A DNA stretch of 64,000 nt, taken from the NCBI RefSeq assembly GCF_004010195.1, contig NC_057718.1, positions 51,107,941-51,171,940 on the forward strand, given 5' to 3'. The stretch comes from Chiloscyllium plagiosum. Lineage: Eukaryota. The notes below the pieces were generated by a model. The model was not told the origin of the DNA. It searched no databases and saw only the letters and a list, made by a program, of their open reading frames with translations. Position 1 is the first letter of the stretch. Every line of letters starts with the position of its first letter. This document shows positions 26,101 to 39,284 of this stretch, piece after piece. Position numbers and translations under genes: made by a program.

Positions 26101-28775
26101 TCACACAGTTAAATTTCTTTTTAGAGTATAGTGACTCTTATTTATTAATGGATGCAAATGTGCATGTTCTTCTATATACCTAGATCTGCACACTATGAAA
26201 ATTGACATGTTTAGATCAGATGGCTCAGAAGTATCAATACGTACAAGAGCATCCACTTCAGATTTTGATCAATAGTCGCTCGAGCATCAATACTTTAATG
26301 GTCACCATTAACCGAAGTTTAAGTGTTACTCTATGAATAGTGGCTCAATTCCTGATCCCACTAATCTTCTAAATCTGTGGTGGACTGGAGGGTTAACTGT
26401 GCAGGGAGTATCGCAAGTAAATCATGCAGGATTGCTTGTAGGCTCCTGGATTAGTTGAAATACATTTAGTCACGGATTTCGGGGCCCGGCATCATGAAGG
26501 GTGGGCCCTGTGAGAGAGTCACCTCCTTGCTCTTGCTGCCAACTCTCTATCCCTGTCACCTACAGAACAGAATTCTCTCGTGCCATCAGTCACCTATGGT
26601 TGAGATACAAAGATGATTCTCAGCCTTGGGTGAATAATGTTATGCACTGGACACTGCCTCTTACCATTAAATAGAGCTGACAAGCTCTAATTGACCAGCT
26701 GCTCTCTGCAGGCAGGATGCAGACTTGATCCACCACTGCCAACCTAAGTGCCTGAGTAGCATTTAGCATATCAGACAGATTTCCCTAAAAAAGGGTCATA
26801 TATGGCTCTTGCTGGTTCTGTAACAAATTCCAACGTCTTTACTGTTCATATTCTTGAATTCTTTCCTGAACAATATCACTCAAAGCTGCTCCAGCAAAAG
26901 GCCCATAGCCACCTGTTCAGGGTGACTCAGGCTAAGTAGAAAATGCAGACTTAGCAGTAGCTCCAATCCCAGCTCAGAAATTTTTGTTCTCATTTGAGGT
27001 TCTCTTGCATTCATGTTTTTTTTGTTTATATAGGATTTATAGATACATCCAACATAATGTTCTTTCATACATGACCAGTTTTACTAATGGCAGAGAAATC
27101 TAAAGGTTTTTACTCTTACCAGCTGTGATATGAAAAGCCATACATTAGATAAGGGCAAATGAGGATGGGAAATAAAGGCTGTCCCAGTTAGGAAAGCCCA
27201 CATCTCCTGAATGAATTTTTTAAAGCAGAGTTGGCGATGATGGAATGTCTTTCAATAAAAAATAACAAAATATCTGTTTTTGCACAAAGCTAGAAGTAAA
27301 AAAATCAAACTGCAGGAATACTAATAAAAGTATAATTCGTGAGAATGCTATTTATTTTGCAGGTCATTAATTACAAAAACAAAAACCCGATACGCTTTCA
27401 CTTTTAATTGAAAATAGAAATTTTGCCCCAATCACAAAATCTGCCTCTATTAGTAAATGATCTTACTTCTCAACATTTTAGTTTGTGTTAATGGTCATTT
27501 TTGTTCCATGCCATTCATTAGAAATATATCAACTCATCAACTTGCTTCAAATACTAATTAAACTATACACACACACTGAAAATTCATTGAAGATGGCATA
27601 ATTATGATTCTATAAGATATCAGGTAATAGCTATATCAGCTAATAGCTACATCAGGTAATTGTTAAGAAATAATACATTGATGATATCAACAGCAATTAT
27701 TTCATCATTAGCTGAATACATAGCACGGCTGATCACACACAATATTTCCAATAATTTTCACCTAAAATGGGGAATACATTAAACAGTGATGACACATTTT
27801 GTTTTCTTAACCTTCACAAGATTGGTCGAGAGGGACTTAAGCTGTAAAAACTGCCACTGACAGAGTTATTTTTATCTTGTTGCTAGATTTGGTCAACAGA
27901 CGGATTTTCTGTGATGTGTCATTAGAGGTTTCACACAGTCCTACTCGTAAAACCTAACACATGAAGGTTGACTGCTCTTATGACATGAGCTGCTATAAAA
28001 ACATGATTAATATTCAATTCCATGATACATAATGAGCATATTTGGTCAGACACTAAAGCTTTTACTATCAGGTTGCAAAGAAACCATATGAGAATCAGGA
28101 GACATTGCAGCATCATACAACATCTATCATTTGCAAGGTAACTGCCTTTCTTTAAAGTTACTCAGGCAGAAAATGAACAGCTGCCATAGCCGTTCATAAG
28201 AAGAAAGCTGTCTTCTCCTCTCGATTGTAATATGCTGCCTCTTGTTATGCCTTTATTAAGTCATGTCAGAATGCACAGCTACATTAACCTAGATTGGAAA
28301 AGTCGCTATCCTTATGGTAAAAACTGATACTTCATTTTTGCACAACTCTAGTCAAATATTTTGTAAAGACCTATTTGTAAATAATTGTGATTAATTTCTT
28401 ACTCCCTTTCATGACAAAAAAGTCACAACTAAATTTATGAGATATAATCTTTTCCAAAATCATATAAATTTAAAAATGCTTGAGGAGCTGATAGTTCGTT
28501 CTTATCTTTGCATGCCAGAGTTGGATATGACAGATGATTTGGTGACATTATGTCATTGACACAGAGCACCAGGAACTGATAGCATATGAACTCACATCTT
28601 CCTGAAAACTCACTAGGATTCCAACAAAGTAAATTGTAAATTGTTGTCAATAAGAATGAGAGTTCTATCAGTGAAAGTCCTTCTACTGAGAGTGGTTTGA
28701 TGTAACAGAAGCAAAAATAAGTGAGAAGAGAGGAAAGTTAAAAAAAACTTCAAAAATAATGGGAAAAGCAAAGGG

Positions 28776-29066
28776 AGGCATGGTGGCTCAGTGGTTAGCA
28801 CAGTACCAGGGACCCAGGTTCGATTCCCACCTCGGGTGACTGACTGTGAAACCCGTGTCTGCGTGGGTTTCTTCTGGGTGCTCCGGTTTCCTCCCACAAT
28901 CCAAAGATGTGCAGGTTAGGTGAATTGGTCATGCTAAATTGCCCATGGTCAGGTGTAAATGTAGGGAAAGGGAATGGGTCTGGGTGGGTTACTCTTCGGA
29001 GGGTCAATGAGGACTTGTTGGGCCAAATGGCCTGTTTCCATACTGTAGGGAATCTAATCCAATCTA
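28776..29066 (+). mobile_element. HE1/V-type SINE
   Basis: GGCATGGTGGCTCAGTGGTTAGCA head, GGTTCGATTCC B-box, core, (AATCT)n tail. Confidence 0.92.
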
Positions 29067-29803
29067 AAAGAAAATGAGGGTGAAATTCAGTGGTAGCAGA
29101 AAATAAATGATAGTGGATCACCTGGTTGTCATGCATGGCTCCTTTTTTCCTTTCTTTTTCCAGGAGTTTGATACACTGCCATAGTTCAATATGGAGTCCA
29201 TGACATCTAGATTAGCATGCTGCTCACCTACATCTTGAAAGGTCACAGAGTTCAATTTATTCTGTCAGTTCAGCAAAACAAAACTGAAACCGAGTCATGA
29301 GAATTAATCTAAGCTGTTACAGAAAGAATTCTGATCCTCGTCACTTGAATATTTTTCACACCAACTATTACACCAGTGAAATGATGCAGCTCAAAAAAAA
29401 TAAATATTATGGCAAGTGTCAAAAATTATCTTCCTAACATTTGCTTACCCTAACATCTATACAGTGTGAGGGGTGATTTTATTTTTAAAGAGGATTGTTG
29501 TGCCATTCACGTTTTAATCAAATAAAATGAATCATTCACAACATCACTTCTACAGTGTGTTAGGGATCAAATGCTGCAGCACTTTGTAAACTAAAATCTC
29601 CATGAAAATATCTTCAAAATTCCCATCATACATTAAAACAATTACAGCTCTTGGTTGCTATACAATTGCATTGTAAAATAAATAAATTAATCAATAAATA
29701 ATACTGAATAAATTCTTCAAATAAATAAAACTGCTTAATTTGAGCCAGAGTTCCTTGGAAGCTGCCTAATACAGCTTCAATTCAAAGATGAATATTATCC
29801 TTC

Positions 29804-30019
29804 CAGAAGAAAGTGAGGACTGCAGATGTTGGAGATCAGAGTGGAGAGTGTGGTGCTGGAAAAGCATAGCAGGTCAAGTAGCATCCGAGGAGCAGGAGAA
29901 TTGATGTTTCTGGCAGTGGAGGACTCCTGATGAAGGGCTTATGCCCAAAACATCGATTCTCCTGCTCCTCGGATGCTGCCTGACCTGCTGTGATTTTCCA
30001 GCACCACACTCTCCACTCT
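29804..30019. mobile_element. Fold-back pLTR element with decayed minimal HHR (CTGATGA at 29927)
   Basis: Inverted arms about 29838-29910 and 29947-30019; TSD AATATTAT(C/T)CTTC at 29791-29803 and 30020-30032. Confidence 0.85.
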
Positions 30020-33000
30020 AATATTATTCTTCTGTCTACTCAATACAGGTATGTATAACTCCCTCCAACAGACGTAATTACAGCCACAGAGGCAGTAAAA
30101 TTGGACTCAACTTACTGCTCCATGCCCACTCAGACAATATTACAGTTATCTGAGGCAGACTCACATGGGAACCTTCCAAAACGGTCAGAAGCTGATGATG
30201 TAATTATGACTTAGATGCAATTTGGAACGCTTACTGATTTGAAAAAAATTGGTGGTCAAGAGAAACAAGTCTCAAAAAAGTGAAAGGCTCTTTTATTCCT
30301 CAGGGCTCCAAAAGAATATTGTGGGCACTAGAGTCTCCCCACTACACCTAGCTATCCACTACTTCCTTTACCAACTTAGCTCCCTGCAAATATAGACTCA
30401 TACTTTCCCGTAAACACATTGGGATTCTAATAAAATAAACTCACAATCTCAGTTTTGCTACCAATGGGGATGAGAGTTCTGGAAAGCAAATGTCCTTCCA
30501 CGGGAGAGTGGTATGATGTGGCAAAGGCAAAACTAAGTGAGAAAAGAGAAAGTAAGAATCTAGGAAAGTAATGGGAAAAGAAAATGAGGGTGAAACTCAT
30601 GCGGCAAACTATGATATTGAGACTGGAATCCTCAAAATCTGGGACTCAATCTGCTGGCTGAATCATCAGTTCACCTAGCCCAGGAATCTTCTCAGTGATG
30701 GAAGGAAACTAGGTGAATCATATCCTGCAACATGGATAGCCTTCCTCATACTCTGTAAATTGGCAGGCTCAGCAGTGGAAGTTATGGGCCTCAATTTTGC
30801 CCACTGATGGGGGCAGCAAAGGGATCAGGAATGTTTTCTTTCTTGTGGCAAATTAAAATTTGATGTGCCTTTGCGACCCTGAGCTATTTTAGTGAGACTT
30901 CCGTTTTGCAGGTTTGAAAGGTCTCAGTCATGTCCCTTCCCACACATTTTCCGAGACTGAGGTCGACAATGTGATCTTTATAGAACAACTGAATTTCCTT
31001 TCTACCATTATCATGTGCTGGTGCAGGTTTCTTGAACTCAGAAATAAAAAGACTCTTTGGAGAGTTTGTGAGCACTGAGGGAAGCCTGCTGGGAGTCAAG
31101 AACATTTTGACGGACAAGTATAAAATATTTGGACAACTTTAAATGTCACTGAAATAAGAATTGTTATAATATATATGTTTTCTAACTGCAATGTAAGTGC
31201 TCTATCCTGAAAAGGGAAGCTAACAATTACATTGACCAGTATTTACTAAATGTTTACAATGTGTTACAAGTATGGTTCCTTTAGACGAAGTGCAACAATA
31301 GATATAGAAAAGAAAATGCAGTAAAAGCCTTCTGATATAAATGTCCAGATATATTTAGCTTGTGAAAAATGTCCTGATGTTGAAAATTTAATAACATCTA
31401 ACCTCTTGCTCTTTTCTGTTGATTGAAAGGCAATCAGCTTTGAAATTGAAAAGACTTCAATTATAACTTAGGTCAAAAGAAAGACAATCTGTTTTTTTTC
31501 CGTTTCAGTAGATTTCATTGTGTCCAAGAGTTTTGAACAGTATGAGCTATTATGAATGTTTGGCTGAGTTTCAAAAGTTAAAGCATCAAGTTTCCTAGCA
31601 TGAATGTGTGTGCCCACAATTTGACAGCTTTAAGATGTTATGGAAAAGACTATGGTTGATACCTTACAGAGACCTCAATGAAACAGAGTATGATGCAATT
31701 TTTGACAGAACCATGCCAGAAGTCAGGCAAGGCCTATTTTGATGCTGGGAAAGATTTGTATATTTTATGCATCTGTCAGTGTCAAGGACAGTTTGTTGCT
31801 TGGCAGTGATGAACTTCTAATTAATGGAGATTACAGTTTTTGAGACACCTAGTTAATAGAACAAATCACTTCATTAATATACAGCTTCCTACCTTACAAA
31901 TCACATTGAACAAATAGGAAATCAAGAATTCTCAACACCGAAGTCAAAGTGGGAATCTGGTGACTTCAGTTTGTTACATCATCATGGCCTGCTGAACTCT
32001 GCATAATTGCAGTAGGCAATGAGGCAATGTGATAGATGCTGAAGGAAAATAGAAGTCCAATAGTAATCCAAGGGGAAGGATGATAGCATTGCGAGGAGGA
32101 AGCTCTCCTTGCGAATAAAGGAGCACAGCTCTGTTGGGCACTAAAAGCCAGACAAGGCTTGAATGACTCTCACTTCCAGTAGATGAGAGTGGGGTCAGCA
32201 CATCATCATGGACTGTCAAATTGTCATTAGTCATGATGATTTAGTCATTTAGTTCACAGTGTGAGGATGAACTGCAGACTCAACTCATTTCATTTGCGTC
32301 CACTTTTAGTGGCTATCAATTAAAGCTCATGCTTGGAATTGACTGATGACTGGCCTGTTATACAATGTTTTCCAACTGGAGAATGATAAGACACAGGGCT
32401 CCAGTGGGTTTAGGGGACAAATAGTGATGACTTAGAGACGGTGTTTAGGCAGAATATAGCTAGGGTGAGGAAAAATGTACGGCCTGGTAGTTGGACAGTG
32501 ACTAGAATGAGAGAATCGGGTTAGATGTGTGAGGGAACATCAGACATATCGGCTATGTGTCGTGAGCAGCACAGCTTTTTCGCTGCTGCGCCATTTCATT
32601 GTTGGTGAGAGGCAAAGCTAGATTTCCCATACCTGTCCCAGTATACAATGGTCTTTTAAAGTCGGCATGAGCATAAAGGATGTGGTCTTTTTATGGGTGT
32701 CCATTGAGTGCTGAGTTGTTTTGCGAATAATACAAGATAAGATTATGCCAGAATTGGATGTGAGGAATATCATAATGGCAGGGTTGGTAACTAATGAGAT
32801 GAATTTAGCACAATATGGTGAGAAATCTCGTGATGTCTAATATCAAAACTTCCTCTTTAAAAAAATAACACAACTGGCACTTAACCAAAAGAAACTAAGA
32901 CTCAGTTTATATGTTTTTGATGTGATAAGTGAATTGAGCACATGACTGAATTATTTTTTGGAATGACGTTTTGGAAAGAGATTTCTTTTTGCCAATATGA

Positions 33001-33476
33001 CTGGTAGCTCAACTAAATCATTAGAATTTTATCTTTGTAACAGCCATTTAAAATAATTGCCCATTTAAATGGCTCTTAATATAGTGGACACTGAGGGAAT
33101 GGCTGTGAAGAATACACAGGAGGCATGGAAATGGCATAGGAAGCTTGGGAGGGCATAGAGGAATCATAAATTGTATGGGGCCCTTGTGAGAAGTTGGGGA
33201 GACATGGTGGGAGCATGAGGGAGTAAGAGGGTGCATGTTTGGGTTTTGATGGATATTAGGGGTGATGGAGGGAGCACACAGGATGAGAAGGCATCAAGGG
33301 GATTGGGGTGTGGTGATAAAGGTGTGGGGATTTTAAGGACATTATAACAATGTTAGGGCCTCTCTTCCCAAGAACTGATGTGGGCCTTCTAACCATCCTG
33401 CAGACAGACCCACATTCCTCCCATAATGTATCATAGCTCACAAAACCCAACACTATCCCAATTCCCATCCTACATT

Positions 33477-33668
33477 TTGGAGATGCTGGTGTTGGACTGG
33501 GGTGTACGAAGTTAAAATTCACACAATACCAGGTTATAGTCCAACAGGTTTAATTGGAAGCACTAGCTTTCGGAGCGCCGCTCCTTCATCAAAGGAGCAG
33601 CGCTCAGAAAGCTAGTGCTTCCAATTAAACCTGTTGGACCATAACCTGGTGTTGTGTGATTTTTTAAC
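33477..33668. mobile_element. Fold-back pLTR element, AGCT-type HHR family
   Basis: Near-perfect inverted arms 33511-33586 and 33592-33668; minus strand reads tTGATGA-aggagc-ggc-gctcc-GAA-AGCT-A-gtg. Confidence 0.88.
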
Positions 33669-35759
33669 CCTCATCCCACTTGTATTTAAAAACAAAACAA
33701 AAAATGGCAGGTTCAGATTTTGGAGGTCAGGAACAGATATGACTCAAAGCTAAGAAGAAAATCTCAGCCCTGGTTTACATGGTTACAGAGAGGTTTGTGT
33801 TTTCATCGATTTTCAGAACTGGTATGCTTTAAATACTCAGTGCATAAAGATGTTCTCTGGAAAACAATTCAATGACAGCATCAAATAGCTAACACTTCAA
33901 AACTAAGGTACATTATATTGGTGTTTCTTTTCAACAGGCATTTTTCTGCAGTGAGAAAACATGAAGGCTTCAGACTCGGTAAAGCCATCCGCAGAGTCCA
34001 CAGCATTTGTGCTCACGTGACTATGAATTGCCATTAAATGAGAATTGATGAGCTAACTAGTGACCACGTTCACCTGCTGTGAATGCACTTGAAAACAAGG
34101 AGACATTACATTCAGAATAAGCCTTGAGAGAATAATCAAGACCTTTTCGCAACAGCAGCAAACAGAATTATTTATAACGCTGCAGACAGGAAAGCATTTG
34201 TTGCTCTTTTTATTGCCCTATTTAGAATTAAACCTCTTTGAAACTAAAAACAAAAGAAAAATGCTTTTTTGCAAAACTAGGGAAATATCAGTCTTGCTTG
34301 TCAATTGTATGTTACATTATGTACAAGCATGTAGGAAAACTGACCAAAGCTAAAACATTTAGCAAGGAAGTCTTCTGTTTGTTAGTTTCCTAGCATGATA
34401 TTTATGGTAAATTTCACAACAGACCTATTGATATGAGTTTGCTGCAAAATATAAAACTATTAAAAAATTATGTTTTCAAGGGCTGTATACAAGTTAAGAT
34501 TATCTTCAAATTGGGGTAGAATTGGTGTATGACTTTCCTCGAATAAAATGAGTTTTCTACTACCATGATACATGGTGTAAGGTCACAAAAGTATTTTTAA
34601 AACAAATTTGATTTAAAAGAAAAAGTGAATGCTGGACATCTGAAAGAAAAACAGAAGTATTTGGTTCTCATGTGTTAATCTTACCTGCTGTAAGGCTGCA
34701 CCGAGCATGCTGGCTCATCATGTATACATTGTTATAAGGCTAATTAAAGAACTTCTCGGTAGCTTGAGAATATCTGAAGAGCAGATGAACTCCCAGAAAT
34801 CATGAAACAGAAGCTGGGCGTTCTGTGCTGCTTTGCAGCAAAAAGGGGCAGCTCATATACATGCAAAATGTATTGCTCTAACTTTTGCTTCACATTTATT
34901 TATCCCTATGTGCCTTAAGTAAATAGTCATACATTTTACATATACCTTTGTAAATTAATTTTCATAATTCCTTTGACAAACTGATACAAATTATATTCAG
35001 GATCCCAGCTGTGTCAGCAGGCTGACATAGTCTGTCCTTTTTATTTATTTAACATATATAACTGGGTTAAATAATGGTCTTGCTTTGATGCCAAGGGAAT
35101 CCAATTACAACTTTCGATCTAACACCAGTGTGATACTGAGGTCCAAACTGACTCGACTACTGCCATTTAATGCACTAAATCTGTAATTATACGGCTGTTT
35201 TAATCAACGGTAAAAGTGAACGAGGGAATAAAATGAGACATTTTCATGGATGGAAAGCTGTAATATTGATAAACGTAAGTGACCATGTGACACATTTTTG
35301 CATTGTAAGCCTCCACTGTGATTGAGCCAGCAGCATGAAATGCTGTTGTCTTTCAAATAGTTTTATAAGACTTATCTCCTTGTCATAGCAGTCTCCTGCA
35401 GCATTTTCTCGTATTATTATCTATTATGGCAAAATAACATGCTGAACAAATAGCTTGAATGTGAGACATACAAAACCTTTAATCCTTGCAAAAGCCAATG
35501 GATTAAAAAGTCATAATCATGTGCCAATCAGCATTAAAATAATTTTGGAGCTGTGCATAATTTTCATCAATTAAATTAAGTTTGATCTTTATCTATGAAA
35601 GCTGCAACCATTCTAAATAAACCATTTCCATTGTCAAGGTCACAACTGTGTAAATAATTAACAACTGTACATGACAATATGACTGTGAAGAAGTCCCGTT
35701 ATCATTCTGTCTTTTGATGACAATAGTTGCCATATTGACCTTTATCATTTCTCTGAGGC

Positions 35760-36240
35760 TCATGTGTTCCAATGAATGAGTGACTCATGAATTAATGAGT
35801 AGGTTTGTGAATGGGCGAATGAATGGATAGTTGACTGTGTGGGTGAGATAGACAGGTAGGTGATGTGGGTACATGGCTATGTCGGTAGTGGGGGCCGGGG
35901 TGGATGAGCAGGGATCAGATGGCTTTGCCTGTGAACAGTCATGTTGTCATGAAGATAGGTCTGATAGGACGATGTGGTGAATGGTCAGGAGATCGTTGAA
36001 TCATTGAGGAGTTTTTGAGTGGCTAGTTGGATGGTCTGAGTGGGTAGGTGGGAGAGGCCAGGGAGTATTTGGCGAGTGGGGCAGTTGTGCGATCATAGGA
36101 TAGTTGGGTTGTTGGGTACTGGTAGAGTGAAGGTGGAATGGTCAGAGTGTTGTTATGGTTGGGAAGTTTGGTCAGGACAGCTCTATGGGGGTGATTAGGG
36201 TGAAGGGGTAAGGTTCAATTGTAGTCCACAGTTCAGATGC
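35760..36240. repeat. G/T-rich low-complexity tract
   Basis: Strong G+T skew with many ggt/gtgg words and no regular period. Confidence 0.5.
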
Positions 36241-36254
36241 ACTGACTAATTATG

Positions 36255-37740
36255 GAGTCATATTGAGTCATAGAGTCATAGAGATGTACAGCATGGAAAA
36301 GACCATTCGGTCCAACTCATCAGTGCTGACCAGCTATCTCAACCTAATCTAGTCCCACCTGCCAGCACCTGATCCACATCCATCCAAACTCTTAATATTC
36401 ATATACCCATCCAGATATCTTTTAAATGTTGCAATTGTACCAGCTTCCACCACTTCCTCTGGCAGCTCATTCCATACACGTACCACTCTCTGCTACTATA
36501 AAGTTGCCCTTTAGGTCTCTTTTATATCTTTCCCCTCTCACCCTAAATCTATGCACTCTAGTTCGGGACTCCCACACCCCAGGGAAAAGACTTTGTCTAT
36601 TTATCCTATCCATGCCCTTCACGATTTTATAAACCACTATAAGGTCACCCCTCAGCCTCCAACACTGCAGGGAAAACTGCCCCAGCCTATTCAACCTCTC
36701 TCTATAGCTCAAATCCTCCAATCCTAACCAACATCCTTGTAAATCTTTTCTGAACCCTTTCAGGTTTTACAACATCCTTCCGATAGGAAGGAGACTAGAA
36801 TTACACGCAATATTCTAAAAGTAGCCTAACCAACAGCCTGTACAGTCACAACATGAGCTCCCAACACCTATACTCAAAACTCTGACCAATAAAGGAAAGC
36901 ATACCAAATGCCTTTTTCACTATCCTATCTACCTGCGACTCTACCTTCAAAGAGCTATGACTCTGCACTCCAAGGTCTCTTTGTTCAGCAACACTCCCTC
37001 AGACCTTACCAATAAGTTTCAAGATGTCACCATCTATTTCCCTACATCCTATATCTTTCATGTCCTTCTCCACAGTAAATACTGATGCAAAATACTCATT
37101 TAGTATCTCCCCCATCTCCTGCAGCTCCACACAAAGGACACCTTGCTGATCTTTGAGGGGCCCTATTCTCTCCCTCGTTACCCTTTTGCCCTTACAAATA
37201 CCACCCTATTTGCCAAAGCTATCTCATGTTCCCTTTTAGTCCTCCTGATTTCTCTCTTAAGTGAATCTGCCTTTATACTCTTCTAAGGATTCCCTCAATC
37301 TATCCTGTCTATACCTGACATATGCTTCCTTCTTTTTCTTAATCAAAACCTCAATTTCTTACGTCATCCAGCATTGCCTATATCTACCAGCCTTTCCTTT
37401 CACCCTAACAGCAATATACTGTCTCTGGACTCTCATTGTCTCATTTCTGAAGGCTCCCCATTTTCCAGCCGTCCCTTTACCTTTGAACATATGGCTCCAA
37501 TCAGCTCTTGAAAGTTCTTGTCTAATACTGTCAAAACTAGCCTTGCTCCAATTTAGAACTTCGACCTTCAGATCTGGTCTATCCTTTTCCATCACTATTT
37601 TAAAACTAATAGAATTATGGTCGCTGGCCCCAAAGTGCTTCCCCACTGACACTGCAGTCACCTGACCTGCCTTATTTCCCAAGAGTTGGTCAAGTTTTGC
37701 ACCTTCTGTAGTAGGTACATCCACATACTAATCAGAATAT
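36255..37740 (-). mobile_element. CR1 LINE fragments (3' end plus endonuclease-proximal part, RT core missing)
   Basis: Minus ORFs LSYRERLNRLG..LRGDLI and PTTEGAKLD..SDHNSISF; (GAGTCATA)n tail at the left end. Confidence 0.9.
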
Positions 37741-38104
37741 TTTTCTGACATTAAACTGTTTAACATTTCCGGTGTCAGTATTTGGCCCATGTTTTCAGCC
37801 CAAATGCAGGGTTGGAGATATTTGTGGAAGATTTTAGGCAGCAGAAGTCAGACCATTGGAAGTTTAAAATTGCTGGGCAATTTCCACTTATACATGTGTG
37901 AATCAGCACATCTGTGAATCTTCCAAACCTACATCCCATCTATGATGATCTGGAGGCTGAATGATTTGGAGCAATAGTATTTCACGTTAAGAAAGAAAAC
38001 ACAAAGTATTGCGTGAAAATTGCACAAGACCAAATCATAGCCTTAAAGTAGTTGACCATTTATTGCATAAAAACAATGTTAAGTAGCATTTCTTATGCAA
38101 TGTT

Positions 38105-38322
38105 TGTTTAGCTCAGTTGGCTAGAAGGTTCATCTGTGTTGCAGAATGACACCAATAGGTAGCTTCAATTTCTGCACCAGCTGAGGTTATTATGAAGGAG
38201 TCATCTTCTCAACTTCTCCCTTTCCCTGAACTGTGGTGGCCTCCTGGTTAAACTACCACCAGTCATCTCTCTTGGATGAGAAATAAACCCTCGAGTCCAG
38301 CAGGGCTATGATGACTTTACTA
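38105..38322 (+). mobile_element. Second tRNA-derived SINE family, degraded
   Basis: TAGCTCAGTTGG A-box-like head, decayed B-box (agcttcaatttc), body unrelated to the HE1 type. Confidence 0.5.
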
Positions 38323-39284
38323 AGGTGCAAATTAGGCAATCCTGACTCCTCACAAGTTAGGCTCCTCACATCATGAATAAAGAATGCAAAGTACTCTTTC
38401 AATTATGCAAAACTCTGAGCAATTCAAAATGGGTCAATACCAGCTATATTTTTAAAAACTGACATGTTTAGCCCCAGCCTAATTTTTAAGCTAGACAACT
38501 GAAGAAAATTTGTATTTTGCTCTCATTCATTTCAATCCAACAGCTCTGTCCATGGAACCCAAAAATATTGAAAAAAATTAAAATTACCAAATTCAGCAGA
38601 AGATGTCATTGACTATGTCTTTATGAACTACAAAAGTTAATCAGTATTCACAAGGACAATTCAGCAACTGTTAAATGGCAAATCTGAATTGTACCCATTG
38701 TAGGAGATAATCACCATGACCAATTAAACTACTAAGCCAAGAACATTCATTGATAGACTGATCCCTGTCCTAGTTGCCAACCCCTTAATTCCATTCAAAA
38801 TTCACTTTCATCTTTATCTTTCCAAGCAAATTTACTTGCACTGAAATTGGAATCATTTTATACTTGTAGCATGGATCACAATCGTACACTGGGGTCTCCT
38901 GGGATTGTTTGTCTATTAAAATTAATGGATGGAAAATACCTTGAGACCCAATAACCTTAGCAACTGCTTTCCTGATACACACCCTTGACAGGAACATGTA
39001 TTGGAAAGTTTCCTCTCCCGTGTTTTAGCATTGCAGTTTCACAATCTAATAAGTTGATTGTTGGTGAGACAGAAAGTACATGTTTTGCAGAGCATCTTAC
39101 TGTTTTAAAACAAAACACTTTTATACTGAGTGCTGCCAGGCAGCCATTGCAAGAAGGAATCCAGACAGAGGCATTTTAATCAAAGGACGAGAATCTTGAA
39201 AGCAGTTGCTCAGCTCCCCATATCGATGTTGCAGTGACATCCAATGTTCAACTAATCGCTCTTCACAAACAATTTACAAGCTCA

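Noticed and set aside
33511..33668. Fold-backs as miRNA precursors, terminators or TIR MITEs
   Set aside because: Unequal arm ends, variable centres, HHR cores, 12-14 bp TSDs and homologous architecture to PLE pLTRs fit retroelement-derived inversions better.
34685..34773. Minus-strand exon with good splice signals (ctcttcag ... CAG/GTAAGA)
   Set aside because: All three frames contain stops; a non-coding exon cannot be supported without RNA data.
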